Shown: positions 42,078-51,792 of the stretch, in pieces | How positions within the stretch are numbered: the first letter of the stretch is position 1 | Layout: every line of letters begins with the position of its first letter | Assembly: GCA_937775205.1 (NCBI GenBank) | Contig: CALKBX010000026.1 | Location: forward strand, 28,475-92,474 | Source: an uncultured Verrucomicrobiae bacterium | GTDB taxonomy: Bacteria > Verrucomicrobiota > Verrucomicrobiia > Limisphaerales > UBA1100 | Length of the DNA stretch: 64,000 nucleotides | Direction of reading: 5' to 3' | The notes under the pieces: model-generated | The model's input: only the letters and a program-made list of their open reading frames with translations | Databases searched by the model: none | Told to the model about the DNA's origin: nothing | Translations under genes and position numbers: made by a program

Positions 42078-43298
42078 TTATTTTTCAGAGAGTGCAGCCA
42101 CGCCGGGCAATTCGTTGCCCTCGAGAAATTCAAGACTCGCGCCGCCGCCGGTGCTCATAAAAGTGACTTGTCCGGCCAACCCATTTTGGTTCAACGCCTT
42201 CACGCTGTCGCCCCCGCCGATGATGCTGACAGCACCCGCGCCCGTGGCGCCCGCCACGGCGACAGCCACAGCCATCGTGCCTTTGGCAAACCGCGCGTCC
42301 TCAAAAATACCCATCGGGCCATTCCACAAAATTGTCTTTGCGCCGGTGATGGCCTCCGCGTAGCGCGCGGCGGTGGCGGGGCCGATGTCCACGCCCTCGC
42401 GGCCATCGGGGATGTCTTCGGCGCGGTTCACCTCGGGATCGGCCCACTTGCCGTCATTCATTTGCGAAATCAAATTATCAGACGGCAACAGAAATTCCAC
42501 GCCGAGTTCGGCGGCTTTGTCCAGCGCGGCTTGGGCGATGTCCACCTTGTCCGGTTCCACCAGCGAATCGCCCACGGACTTGCCGAGCGCGAGTTTGAAA
42601 GTGTAAGCCATCGCGCCGCCAATCAAAATGGTGTTAGCTTTTTCAATCAAGCGATCGATGACCTTGATTTTGTCAGAAACTTTCGCGCCACCGAGGATGA
42701 CCACGAAGGGCTTGTCCGGAGTGTTTAGTTCTTCGCCAAGAAATTTCAATTCCCGTTCCATCAACAACCCCGCCGCGCATTGGCCGCCGCGGGCGGTGAT
42801 GACTTCCGCGATGCCCGCCGTGCTGGCGTGCGCGCGATGTGCCGCACCAAAGGCGTCGTTCACAAACACATCCACGTTGGCGGCGAGTTGTTCGGCGAAG
42901 GCGGAATCGTTGGCTTCTTCGCAGGCGTGGTAGCGGACATTTTCCAGCAGCAGCAATTCGCCGTCCTGTAATTTGTTAATCGCGATCTCGGCGGTCTCGC
43001 CCACGCAATCGTCGGCGAAAGCCACCGGTTGGCCGAGCAGCTCAGCTAATTTATCGGCCACCGGGCGAAGGCTCATCGACGCCACACGCTCGCCCTTCGG
43101 ACGGCCAAGATGCGCGGCGAGAATGATGCGCGCGCCTTTTTCGACGAGCGCCTTCAGCGTGGGCAGCGTGGCGCGGATGCGTGTGTCATCATTGATGATC
43201 ATCGTGCCGGCGGATTCCTCCATCGGCACATTATAATCCACTCGCGTAAACACGCGTTTTCCCTGTAAATCTAAGTCATTAACCGTCAATTTCGCCAT
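42078..43298 (-). CDS. pgk: Phosphoglycerate kinase
   Basis: MAKLTVNDLDLQGKRVFTRVDYNVP, AHLGRPKG, GGAKVSDKI, STGGGASLEFLEG. I prefer ATG 43298 over the upstream alternative start at 43322. Confidence 0.95.
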   Translation of the reverse strand: MAKLTVNDLDLQGKRVFTRVDYNVPMEESAGTMIINDDTRIRATLPTLKALVEKGARIILAAHLGRPKGERVASMSLRPVADKLAELLGQPVAFADDCVGETAEIAINKLQDGELLLLENVRYHACEEANDSAFAEQLAANVDVFVNDAFGAAHRAHASTAGIAEVITARGGQCAAGLLMERELKFLGEELNTPDKPFVVILGGAKVSDKIKVIDRLIEKANTILIGGAMAYTFKLALGKSVGDSLVEPDKVDIAQAALDKAAELGVEFLLPSDNLISQMNDGKWADPEVNRAEDIPDGREGVDIGPATAARYAEAITGAKTILWNGPMGIFEDARFAKGTMAVAVAVAGATGAGAVSIIGGGDSVKALNQNGLAGQVTFMSTGGGASLEFLEGNELPGVAALSEK

Positions 43299-43393
43299 AA
43301 GCGGGCGCGGAGCATAGACCAAGGCACGGGCTGATAAAAGCAGAAAAACAGTGATTTTTGTGCGTTTTTGCGAAGTTCACAGCGAGGCGAAAC

Positions 43394-43496
43394 TGGGAGG
43401 GCGAAGCTCCTGCTGAGCCGAAGGGTGGCGAAGCCGCCCTAAAAACCAAGGTGCACGTTCCGTACACCACGGCTCAGCGGGAGCTTCGCCCTCCCA
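43394..43496. repeat. 27-bp imperfect inverted repeat (1 mismatch) around a 49-nt spacer holding two small hairpins; REP-like palindromic element or structured RNA
   Basis: Left arm TGGGAGGGCGAAGCTCCTGCTGAGCCG (43394-43420). Right arm CGGCTCAGCGGGAGCTTCGCCCTCCCA (43470-43496). The spacer contains GGGTGGC-GAA-GCCGCCC and GGTGCAC-GTTCC-GTACACC. It lies in the pgk/rluD intergenic region. Confidence 0.7.
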
Positions 43497-43510
43497 ATCG
43501 TTGTGTTATT

Positions 43511-44443
43511 TTAGCGCAGCAAGTCTAAGGCTTTTTGGAAATCTTCCGGCAAGGGCGCTTCAACTTTAACTGGCTCCCCGCTGGCGGGGTGATCGAAGCC
43601 GAGCGCGAAAGCGTGGAGCATTTGGCGCGGGGCGGTGTAACCGGAGGCTTGGGTGAAGGCGCGGGTGGGGCGGCCGCCGTAGACGGCATCGCCCACCACG
43701 GGGCAGCCGAGGTGCTGCAGGTGCACGCGGATTTGGTGGGTGCGGCCGGTGTGCAGTGTGGCTTCCATCAGCGCGGAGTGATTGAGTTTTTCGAGCACGC
43801 GAAAACCCGTGTGCGCTTCGCGGCCATTGGGCGTGATGGCGATTTTTTTTCGATGCACCGGATGGCGTGCCAACGGTTCTTTCACCGTGTGCTTTGGCTT
43901 GGAGGGTTGACCGCACACAATGGCGTGATAAATTTTGGTAGTCGTACGCTCGGCAAACTGCGCGGAGAGCGCGAGGTGCGCGGCATCGTTCTTGGCCACG
44001 ACGATGCAGCCGCTCGTATCTTTGTCCAGCCGATGCACAATGCCCGGACGCGCCACGCCACCAATGCCGCTGAGATTGCCTTTGCAATGATGCAGCAGCG
44101 CGTTCACCAACGTGCCGGTGGCGTGACCGGCGGCGGGATGCACGACGATGCCCGCGCGTTTGTTGAGCACGAGCAAATGGTCATCCTCAAAAAGAATTTC
44201 CAGCGGGATGTCTTCCGGTAGCGCCTCGGCGGTGATGGGCTCGGGCCATTCGATGGTGATTGCCTCGCTCGCGCGCGGGTGGTGGGTGGCTTTGGTCGGT
44301 TGGCCGTCCACGCGCACGTCGCCGTTTTCGATGAGGCGTTGGAAGGTGCCGCGCGAGGTTTCGGGGAAGTGCTCCTGCAAAAACTTGTCCAGCCGCGCCT
44401 TGGGCTGCGATTCTTCGACGTGCAGTGTCTCGCGTCGGCTCAT
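43511..44443 (-). CDS. rluD: 23S rRNA pseudouridine synthase, RluA family (RluD-like)
   Basis: S4-like N-terminus ARLDKFLQEHF, catalytic HRLDKDTSG, C-terminal GRTHQIRVHL. ATG 44443 overlaps the lgt stop (ATGA). Confidence 0.9.
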   Translation of the reverse strand: MSRRETLHVEESQPKARLDKFLQEHFPETSRGTFQRLIENGDVRVDGQPTKATHHPRASEAITIEWPEPITAEALPEDIPLEILFEDDHLLVLNKRAGIVVHPAAGHATGTLVNALLHHCKGNLSGIGGVARPGIVHRLDKDTSGCIVVAKNDAAHLALSAQFAERTTTKIYHAIVCGQPSKPKHTVKEPLARHPVHRKKIAITPNGREAHTGFRVLEKLNHSALMEATLHTGRTHQIRVHLQHLGCPVVGDAVYGGRPTRAFTQASGYTAPRQMLHAFALGFDHPASGEPVKVEAPLPEDFQKALDLLR

Positions 44444-45195
44444 ACCTCTTTCAATGGACGATCTTTCAGCTTGGCCCACAAAATGCCGCCGGCGACGAGC
44501 AAGCCGATGCTGATGATTTGGCCCGGAGCCAAGCCGCCCAGCGTGTTGCCGCGCGGGTCGTCACGCAGAAACTCGATGCCAAAACGAATGACCGCGTAGC
44601 CCAGCAGATAGGCGGCAAAAATGTGGCCGTCGAATTTGCGTTTGCGAAACAGCAACGCCAGTCCTGCGAACAGTGCGAAGTTCAAAAGCGATTCATAAAT
44701 CTGCGTGGGATGAACGTGACCGGGATGGGTGGGGTGGCCATCGGGAAACGTCACCGCCCACGGCAACGCGCAGGTTTTGCCGTAACAACAGCCGGTCATA
44801 AAACAGCCCAACCGTCCGAAGGCGTGCCCCAGCGCGATGCTCGGTGCGAGGGCATCGAACGTGGCCCACACGGGCATTTTTTTCACGCGCGTGAAAATGA
44901 TGATAGCCGCGCTCGCGCCAATGAGCGCCCCGTGGAATACCAAGCCGGACCGTTGAAAAAATAATTCCTTGAGCGGCTTGCCGCTGTCGCCTTCGTTGAT
45001 GACGTACAGCAGCTTGGCGCCGGCAATGCCGCAAATGAAAATCCACAGCACGAGGTTCGAGAGATCCTCCGCGTTGAGGCCGATCTTTGCCCCGCGCCGC
45101 CCGGCTGTCCACAGCCCTAGCATAAAGCCAGAGGCCAGCAAAATGCCGTACCAATGAACCGTCAACCCGCTAATCGTGAATGCAACCGGATGCAC
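44440..45195 (-). CDS. lgt: Prolipoprotein diacylglyceryl transferase
   Basis: VHWYGILLASGFMLGLW, GRLGCFMTGCCYGK, HPTQIYESL. GTG start at 45195. The upstream 120 codons of ORF 44440..45561 look non-coding. Confidence 0.9.
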   Translation of the reverse strand: MHPVAFTISGLTVHWYGILLASGFMLGLWTAGRRGAKIGLNAEDLSNLVLWIFICGIAGAKLLYVINEGDSGKPLKELFFQRSGLVFHGALIGASAAIIIFTRVKKMPVWATFDALAPSIALGHAFGRLGCFMTGCCYGKTCALPWAVTFPDGHPTHPGHVHPTQIYESLLNFALFAGLALLFRKRKFDGHIFAAYLLGYAVIRFGIEFLRDDPRGNTLGGLAPGQIISIGLLVAGGILWAKLKDRPLKEV

Positions 45196-45280
45196 GCGGC
45201 ACGTTAATCCGCGCGGCAGGCTTGGGCAAGCTTGGCTTATTTGGCTGTATGCTTGGCCGGTTTTGGGGTAACCACGCGCG

Positions 45281-48046
45281 GTGTTGACGTTGATTGAAGA
45301 AGTGGAGGCGCACGCGGCGGAGCGATTGGTGTTGGCGGAGGGCCAGACACCGGCGGCGGAGCTGGCGCGGTACAAGCGTTTCCTTAAGGACGAGGCGTCG
45401 CGGCTCAAGAAATTGCATCGCGGCGGCGGTCTTGGGCGTGAGGTGTGCCGCGCGCGGGCGGCGGTGATCGATGCGCTCATCCGGCATTTGCTCGATACGG
45501 CCATCGGGCTTGCGCCTTTGGGAAAATTCAAGTCGCCGCCGGCCATCGCCGTGGTAGCCATCGGCGGTTATGGCCGCGCGGAGCTGAATCCGCAGAGCGA
45601 CATCGATATTCTTTTTCTATGTGACGACCGTTTGTTGGCCAAGCCGAAGCCGGAAGAATTTTTGCAAAGTATCACCGACACGGTGCTCTACACTTTATGG
45701 GATGTGGGCTTGAAGATTGGGCACTCGGTGCGCCGTGTGCGCGATTGCGTGGAGGAGGCGAATAAGGATATGCAAAGCAAAACGGCGCTGATCGAATCGC
45801 GCCGCGTGGCTGGGGATGAATCGTTGTTTGAAAAAATGGAACAGGCCGTCCACGCCAAATGCGTGAAACCGCACGTGACGGATTACATCGCGGCGCGGCT
45901 GGAGGATCAAGCGGCGCGGCGCGCCAAGCACGGCAACGCGGTGACGATGCAGGAGCCGAATATCAAAAACGGCTGCGGCGGCCTGCGCGATTATCAAAAT
46001 CTGCATTGGATGATGCACTTCCGCGAGGGGTTCCGGATGATGGAAGATTTGGAAGCGCGCAAGGTGGTGACCAAAGCCGAGGCGGAACGGTTGGAGGCGG
46101 CGTATTCATTTCTGCTGCGTGCGCGCAATGAGCTGCATTATCAGCTCGATCGTCCCGTGGAGGTGCTCATCAAGGCCGTGCAGCCGAAGGTGGCGTGGCA
46201 GTTGGGCTACACAAACCGCTCGCCCGCCAAGCGCTTGGAGGCGTTTATGGGCGATTATTATAAGCACGCGCGTCACATCGATCTCACCGTGCGGGCGATC
46301 GAGCAACGCCTCGCGCTCGTGCCGCGGCCGGCGTGGCAACAGGCGCTCGGGCGTTGGGTGAGTGGCCACAAGGAACAGGTGATTGATGGGTTTACGATCG
46401 AGGATGGCGCGATCAATACCGCCAACCGCCGCGTGTTTCGCGATCAACCGCGCAAATTGATGCGCGTTTTTTTGCTGATGCAACGCCACAGCTTGCGCTT
46501 GCATCCGGACCTCGCCCAAATCATCCGCCAACAAGTGTGGTTGGTGGACCGCGCCTTTCGCGAGGACCCGCACGTGCACGAGACGTTTCTGGAAATCCTC
46601 AATCACCCCGGCGCGGTCGGCCGCATTTTGCGCCGGATGCACGAGCTGGATTTGTTGGGCAAATTTCTGCCGGAGTTTGGCCGACTGACGTGTCTTGTGC
46701 AGCACGAGTTTTATCACCAATACACCGTGGATGAGCACACGCTGGTGTGCCTCGAAAAACTCGACGGATTGTGGGAGGAAACGTGGCCGGACTATCGCCG
46801 CTACCACGAAGTGTTTGAGGAAATCGAGCGACCGTCCACACTGTACCTCGCGCTGTTGCTGCACGATTCGGGCAAGGGCATCGAGAGCGACCGTCACGAA
46901 CGCGAAGGCGCGCGCGTGGCCGAACACGTGGCCGATCGCATTGGGCTCGATGAAGCGGCAGCCGATAGTTTGCAGCTCATCATTCGGCATCATCTCACAA
47001 TGGTGCAGGTGGCCCAGCGGCGCGACTTGGAAGACCCACAGGTGATCGAGCAGTTTGCCGAGGAAATGGAGACGGAAGAAAATCTCAACCTGCTGATGCT
47101 GCATACGCTGGCCGATTCGCTGGGCACGAGCAATGATTTGTGGAATGGCTTCAAGGACACTTCGCAGTGGAGTTTGTTTTGGAAAACGCGCGCGCTCTTC
47201 CGCGAAGGCCCCGTGGCCGTGCGCGCGGAGGAAGAGGAACGCGCCGAGATTGAGGCCGAAGTCACCAAGCTCGTTGATGACAAAGTTCCCGCCGAGGAAA
47301 TCACCGCGCACTTTGAGCAACTGCCGATGCGTTACTTTCGCGCCTCGCCCGCCGATGAGATCGCCGAGGACATCGGGTTAGTGCACGAATTCATCCGGCT
47401 GCAAATCGCCTTTGACGATCGAATGCTCGAGCCCGCCGTGGAATGGCAGCGCGACCGCGATCGCGGCTATGCCGTCGCCAGCATTTGCACGTGGGACCGC
47501 CCCGGACTCTTCAGCCGCATCACCGGCGTGCTCGCCCAGTGCGGGCTGAATATTTTAAGCGCACAAATTTTTACGCGCGGCGATTCGATGGTGCTTGATC
47601 ACTTTCACCTCACCGACGCCCGCACCGGCCAGTTGCCCGCCGGCGAGCAACGCGCGCAATTCACCGAACGCCTCAAGCCCGCTCTCGCCGCGCACGAAGA
47701 CCCCGATCTCGACCTCGCACAGCTTCCTGATTCCGGCATCGAATACACCTCAATCACCGGCGAACGCATCCCCACCGCCATCTATTTCGACAACCGCTCC
47801 AGCGCCGAATTCACCGTGCTCGATCTCGAAGCCGAAGATCACGTGGGCCTCCTCTACGCCGTCACCCACACCCTCAACGCCCTCGGCCTCACCATCGAAC
47901 TCGCCCGCATCAACACCGAAAAAGGCGGCGCCAATGACAGCTTTTATCTCACTGACATTGATGGCGAAAAAGTAGAGGACGAAAGTCGCCAGCAGTTTAT
48001 CGAATCAATGCTGCGCCACGTTATCGCCGCGTTGCACGAGGCGTAA
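45281..48046 (+). CDS. glnD: Bifunctional [protein-PII] uridylyltransferase/uridylyl-removing enzyme
   Basis: 921 aa. Nucleotidyltransferase AVVAIGGYGRAELNPQSDIDILFL, HD domain LLLHDSGKG, and two C-terminal ACT-like domains. Confidence 0.9.
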   Translation: MLTLIEEVEAHAAERLVLAEGQTPAAELARYKRFLKDEASRLKKLHRGGGLGREVCRARAAVIDALIRHLLDTAIGLAPLGKFKSPPAIAVVAIGGYGRAELNPQSDIDILFLCDDRLLAKPKPEEFLQSITDTVLYTLWDVGLKIGHSVRRVRDCVEEANKDMQSKTALIESRRVAGDESLFEKMEQAVHAKCVKPHVTDYIAARLEDQAARRAKHGNAVTMQEPNIKNGCGGLRDYQNLHWMMHFREGFRMMEDLEARKVVTKAEAERLEAAYSFLLRARNELHYQLDRPVEVLIKAVQPKVAWQLGYTNRSPAKRLEAFMGDYYKHARHIDLTVRAIEQRLALVPRPAWQQALGRWVSGHKEQVIDGFTIEDGAINTANRRVFRDQPRKLMRVFLLMQRHSLRLHPDLAQIIRQQVWLVDRAFREDPHVHETFLEILNHPGAVGRILRRMHELDLLGKFLPEFGRLTCLVQHEFYHQYTVDEHTLVCLEKLDGLWEETWPDYRRYHEVFEEIERPSTLYLALLLHDSGKGIESDRHEREGARVAEHVADRIGLDEAAADSLQLIIRHHLTMVQVAQRRDLEDPQVIEQFAEEMETEENLNLLMLHTLADSLGTSNDLWNGFKDTSQWSLFWKTRALFREGPVAVRAEEEERAEIEAEVTKLVDDKVPAEEITAHFEQLPMRYFRASPADEIAEDIGLVHEFIRLQIAFDDRMLEPAVEWQRDRDRGYAVASICTWDRPGLFSRITGVLAQCGLNILSAQIFTRGDSMVLDHFHLTDARTGQLPAGEQRAQFTERLKPALAAHEDPDLDLAQLPDSGIEYTSITGERIPTAIYFDNRSSAEFTVLDLEAEDHVGLLYAVTHTLNALGLTIELARINTEKGGANDSFYLTDIDGEKVEDESRQQFIESMLRHVIAALHEA

Positions 48047-48049
48047 AAA

Positions 48050-48427
48050 TTACCCTTCCAGCAACGCCATAGCCGCTGCTTGGCCGCCGTTGTGGCTGAG
48101 GCTGACGTGGACGCTTTTGCCACCTTGTTCGATTAACAGAATTTTCCCGCGTCCGTGCAGTTTCACCGTCGGTCGCCCTTTGGGTTGATGGACGATTTCG
48201 ATGTCGTGCCAGCCGAGTTGTACGCCGATGCCGGTGCCGAAGGCTTTGCTGATCGCTTCCTTGCCGGCGAAACGCGCGGCGATGCATTGGGCGGGGTCGC
48301 TCTGCGAGAGGCAGTATTTAACTTCCTCCTCGCGCAGCACGCGATTCAAAAACCGCTTGCGCCAGCGCTTGCAAATTTCGCGGATGCGCTCCACTTCTAC
48401 GATGTCGATGCCGGTACCAAAAATCAT
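48050..48427 (-). CDS. acpS: Holo-[acyl-carrier-protein] synthase
   Basis: MIFGTGIDIVEVERI...RFAGKEAISKAFGTG...SLSHNGG. Confidence 0.9.
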   Translation of the reverse strand: MIFGTGIDIVEVERIREICKRWRKRFLNRVLREEEVKYCLSQSDPAQCIAARFAGKEAISKAFGTGIGVQLGWHDIEIVHQPKGRPTVKLHGRGKILLIEQGGKSVHVSLSHNGGQAAAMALLEG

Positions 48428-49164
48428 CCGCGATAGCCTTTCATCAGCCGCAACATTTCCTTCACCGCCCGCGGTAAGCCCACGCTCACGGCGTGGCTGA
48501 TAATGCAGTGGCCGATATTGAGTTCCTCCAAATGCGGCACGGCGTGCAGCGTGGCGAGGTTTTCGTAATTAATTCCGTGCCCCGCATTCACGCGCAGGCC
48601 GAGGCTGTGCGCGTGGGCGGTGGCGGCAATGAGGCGGTTGAGTTCCCGCTGGCGGGCGCGGGCATTGCCGAAGTGCTCGGCAAACTGGCCGGTGTGCAGC
48701 TCGATAAATTGCGCGCCCGAGCGCGCGGCGGCGTCCACTTGTTTGGCGTCGGGATTGATAAACAAACTGACTTCAATGTCGGCCTTCGCCATTTTTTTGC
48801 AAGTGCGCTTCAGTGCGGGTAATTGGCCGGCCACATCCAGCCCGCCTTCGGTGGTGACCTCCTCGCGTTTCTCAGGCACGAGACAGACAATTTCCGGTTT
48901 GGTGCGTAGAGCGATGCGGACCATCTCGGCGGTGTTGGCCATTTCAAAATTGAATCGCACGCTCACCGCCTTGCGCAGCGCGGCGATGTCGGCATCCAAA
49001 ATGTGGCGGCGATCCTCGCGCAAATGCGCCGTGATGCTGTGCGCGCCTGCGGCCTCGGCGGCGATGGCGGCGTCCACGGGCGAAGGCTCGCCCTGCCGTT
49101 GCCCGCGATAGCGCGCCTCGCGCAGTGTCGCGACGTGGTCGATGTTGACTCCCAACTTAAGCAT
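48424..49164 (-). CDS. pdxJ: Pyridoxine 5'-phosphate synthase
   Basis: LGVNIDHVATLREAR, ITAHLREDRRHI, ELHTG, VNAGHGINY, ELNIGH. Overlaps acpS by 4 nt. Confidence 0.95.
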   Translation of the reverse strand: MLKLGVNIDHVATLREARYRGQRQGEPSPVDAAIAAEAAGAHSITAHLREDRRHILDADIAALRKAVSVRFNFEMANTAEMVRIALRTKPEIVCLVPEKREEVTTEGGLDVAGQLPALKRTCKKMAKADIEVSLFINPDAKQVDAAARSGAQFIELHTGQFAEHFGNARARQRELNRLIAATAHAHSLGLRVNAGHGINYENLATLHAVPHLEELNIGHCIISHAVSVGLPRAVKEMLRLMKGYRG

Positions 49165-49226
49165 CGGGACACGCTACGCAAATTTCTCCGCCTTGCCAAC
49201 TCTGCGGTGTGTGTTAAAAATCCGTT

Positions 49227-51716
49227 GTGAAATTTCCGATGCTCATCATCGCCGTGTTGTTTATGGCGGGAGTGTTGTTGGGTGAATGGATCACAATATC
49301 GCCGGCTATAATTTTTACGCTGGCGTTGGTGGCAGCGGGCGTGACCCTCGCCGCCGTGTGGCTGGGTCAACGCTGCGATGGGGCGGTGACGCAATGCGTG
49401 GGATTTCTCGATGACCGCCTCGGGATGGCTTCCGCCGTGGCGGATGTCGTGCGGCAAGTGGCGTTGATTGCCACGATTGTTTTGGTGGGTTGGGCCAATT
49501 ACACGCAGCAAACCGCGCCCATTTCGCCGTACGACTTGCGGCATCTCATTCCGGATGAGGGCGCCATCATCACGCTGTGCGGCGAATTGGCGGCCACACC
49601 GGAAAGCCGTCGCGCGGGCGTAGTGGAGCGCACCTCGCTGCGCATCCGCGCCGAGCGCATCACGCGTCGCGGCCGAAGCCAATCCGTTCATGGCACGGTG
49701 ATGGTGACGACCACCAATCGGCTGGCCGAAAATTTTTATGCCGGGCAAATCGTAGAAGTGGACGGCGTGCTCATTCAGCCGGAGCGCGCGAAGGCACCGG
49801 GATTATATGACCGCCGCGAGAGCTTGCGGCGGCGTAGCATTTATTTTGAACTGAACACCGACAAACTCACGCGCTGGAAACTCATCCCGCAAAGCTCACC
49901 GCCGCGCCGTCCATTGGCCGATCGCTTTCGCGCTTGGGGCCGGCACAACCTCAGCCGCGGTCAGCCGGAGCAGGACGAAGCGCTGGAGTTGCTGTGGGCG
50001 ATGAGCCTCGGCTGGCGCACGGCGCTTACGGGCGAAGTTGCCGCGCCGTTTATGCGGTCGGGCACGATGCATTTTTTTGCGATTAGTGGTTTGCACATCG
50101 GCTTGGTGGCGGGGATTTTTGTGATCCTGCTGCGGGTGGTGCGCGTGCCGCGCGGATGGGTGGGGGTGGTGGCAATTCCGTTGCTGTGGTTTTACACCGC
50201 GGCCACCGGCTGGCAACCCTCCGCCGTACGGGCCACGGTGATGATGACGCTCATCCTCGCCGCGTGGTCGCTCAAGCGGCCGGTCAATATTTTGAATTCC
50301 CTCGGGATGGCCGCATTCCTGATTTTGCTGTGGGATCCCCAACAACTTTTCCGCGCGAGCTTCCAGCTTTCCTTCGCGGTGGTATTCAGCCTCGCGCTGG
50401 TGATGCCGCCCATCGTGGATCGACTGCAAACGCGTGTGCGGCCGGATCCGTTTTTGCCACGCGAACTGTGGCCGCGCTGGCGGCGTTGGATATTGGAGCC
50501 GTCGTATTGGCTGGTGGGTGCGGTCGCGATTTCCTTTTGCGCGTGGCTCGCATCGTTGCCGCTCATCGCGCATTACTTTCATTTGTTTAACCCGGTGGCA
50601 TTGCTGGCCAATGTGCCGGTGGTGGCGTGCGGCACTTTGGCGTTGGCGAGTTGCATGGGGAGTTTTATCTGCGGCGGCTGGCTGGAACCGCTCACAGTTT
50701 TGTTCAATCACTCGGCTTGGTTTTTTATGAACTGCATGATGGCCATCAGCCAGTGGACGTCCGATCTCCCCGGTGCGTGGCAATACGTGCGCGCGCCCGC
50801 GCCGTGGATGATGGCGGGCTGGTACGCGGTGCTTTTCGGCGTGGGCACGGGTTGGTTTATGAAACCAAACGTGCGCCGATGGGCGCTGGGCGGTGGCATG
50901 GTTTTCGCCATTTCATTAGTGGCCGCATGGCAAACCGATCGGCAGGAAGTGCGGCTAACGATGCTGCCGGAAGGGCCGATGATTCACGTGGAAGCCAGCG
51001 CGCACACATCTGGTTTACTCATCGACACAGGCGACGCGATGGCCGTGAAGTACAGCGTGCAGCGCCATTTACAATCACGCGGCGTGGATGCCCTGCACGC
51101 GGTGGCGCTCACGCACGGCGTGGGCCATCACGTGGGCGGGTTCACCAATTTGTTTGCCGCGCAACCGCTTGATCGCGTGTATTTGAGTCACGCCAAATCA
51201 TCGTCAATTTATCAAAAAACCGTGCTGGCGGAATTGGCCCAACACGAGGGGCTGAAACAGGTGGTGTCCGCCGGTGACACAATTGGCCCGTGGAAAGTGC
51301 TGCATCCGGCGCGCGCCGATGATTTTTCCAGGAGCACCGATGACGCACTTGTGCTGCGCGGCAAATTTCACAGCGTGCGCGTGCTGCTGCTCTCCGACGT
51401 GGGCCCGGACGGTTGCCAAGCGATGATGGCGCGCGACGTGGATTTGCGCGCGGACATCGTAGTCGCCGGCATCCCCAGTTACGGCGAACCACTGAGCCCC
51501 GGATTGCTGCGCATCATCAACCCCAAAGTAATTATCATACACGACAGCAAATTTCCAATTGCTGAGCGCGCGCCAAAGGAGTTGCTGAATCGACTGCGCG
51601 CCAGTGGTGCTCAAGTATTTTCTGTGCGCGACAAAAAAGGAATTCACCTGACAATCACACCAAACGGATGGCAAATAGAAGACTCGATCGGGGTGTTGTG
51701 CCGTAGCCGGAATTGA
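49227..51716 (+). CDS. comEC: ComEC/Rec2-family DNA internalisation channel with a C-terminal metallo-beta-lactamase-like domain
   Basis: 829 aa. Competence domain SGTMHFFAISGLHIG, multiple TM helices, and a C-terminal LIDTGD...THGVGHHVGG region. Confidence 0.85.
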   Translation: MKFPMLIIAVLFMAGVLLGEWITISPAIIFTLALVAAGVTLAAVWLGQRCDGAVTQCVGFLDDRLGMASAVADVVRQVALIATIVLVGWANYTQQTAPISPYDLRHLIPDEGAIITLCGELAATPESRRAGVVERTSLRIRAERITRRGRSQSVHGTVMVTTTNRLAENFYAGQIVEVDGVLIQPERAKAPGLYDRRESLRRRSIYFELNTDKLTRWKLIPQSSPPRRPLADRFRAWGRHNLSRGQPEQDEALELLWAMSLGWRTALTGEVAAPFMRSGTMHFFAISGLHIGLVAGIFVILLRVVRVPRGWVGVVAIPLLWFYTAATGWQPSAVRATVMMTLILAAWSLKRPVNILNSLGMAAFLILLWDPQQLFRASFQLSFAVVFSLALVMPPIVDRLQTRVRPDPFLPRELWPRWRRWILEPSYWLVGAVAISFCAWLASLPLIAHYFHLFNPVALLANVPVVACGTLALASCMGSFICGGWLEPLTVLFNHSAWFFMNCMMAISQWTSDLPGAWQYVRAPAPWMMAGWYAVLFGVGTGWFMKPNVRRWALGGGMVFAISLVAAWQTDRQEVRLTMLPEGPMIHVEASAHTSGLLIDTGDAMAVKYSVQRHLQSRGVDALHAVALTHGVGHHVGGFTNLFAAQPLDRVYLSHAKSSSIYQKTVLAELAQHEGLKQVVSAGDTIGPWKVLHPARADDFSRSTDDALVLRGKFHSVRVLLLSDVGPDGCQAMMARDVDLRADIVVAGIPSYGEPLSPGLLRIINPKVIIIHDSKFPIAERAPKELLNRLRASGAQVFSVRDKKGIHLTITPNGWQIEDSIGVLCRSRN

Positions 51717-51792
51717 TGCGGGTTGGTTCAATTGTGAGAATCGGCAACATCTCTGTCTTGCCTGTTTAAAAATTTGATGTTTCACTTTGCAG

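Noticed and set aside
43279-43470. 63-aa ORF spanning the pgk-rluD intergenic palindrome.
   Set aside because: It is read through the inverted-repeat element (…GSAGASPSQ…), has no start context, and is better explained as a REP-like repeat than as a gene.
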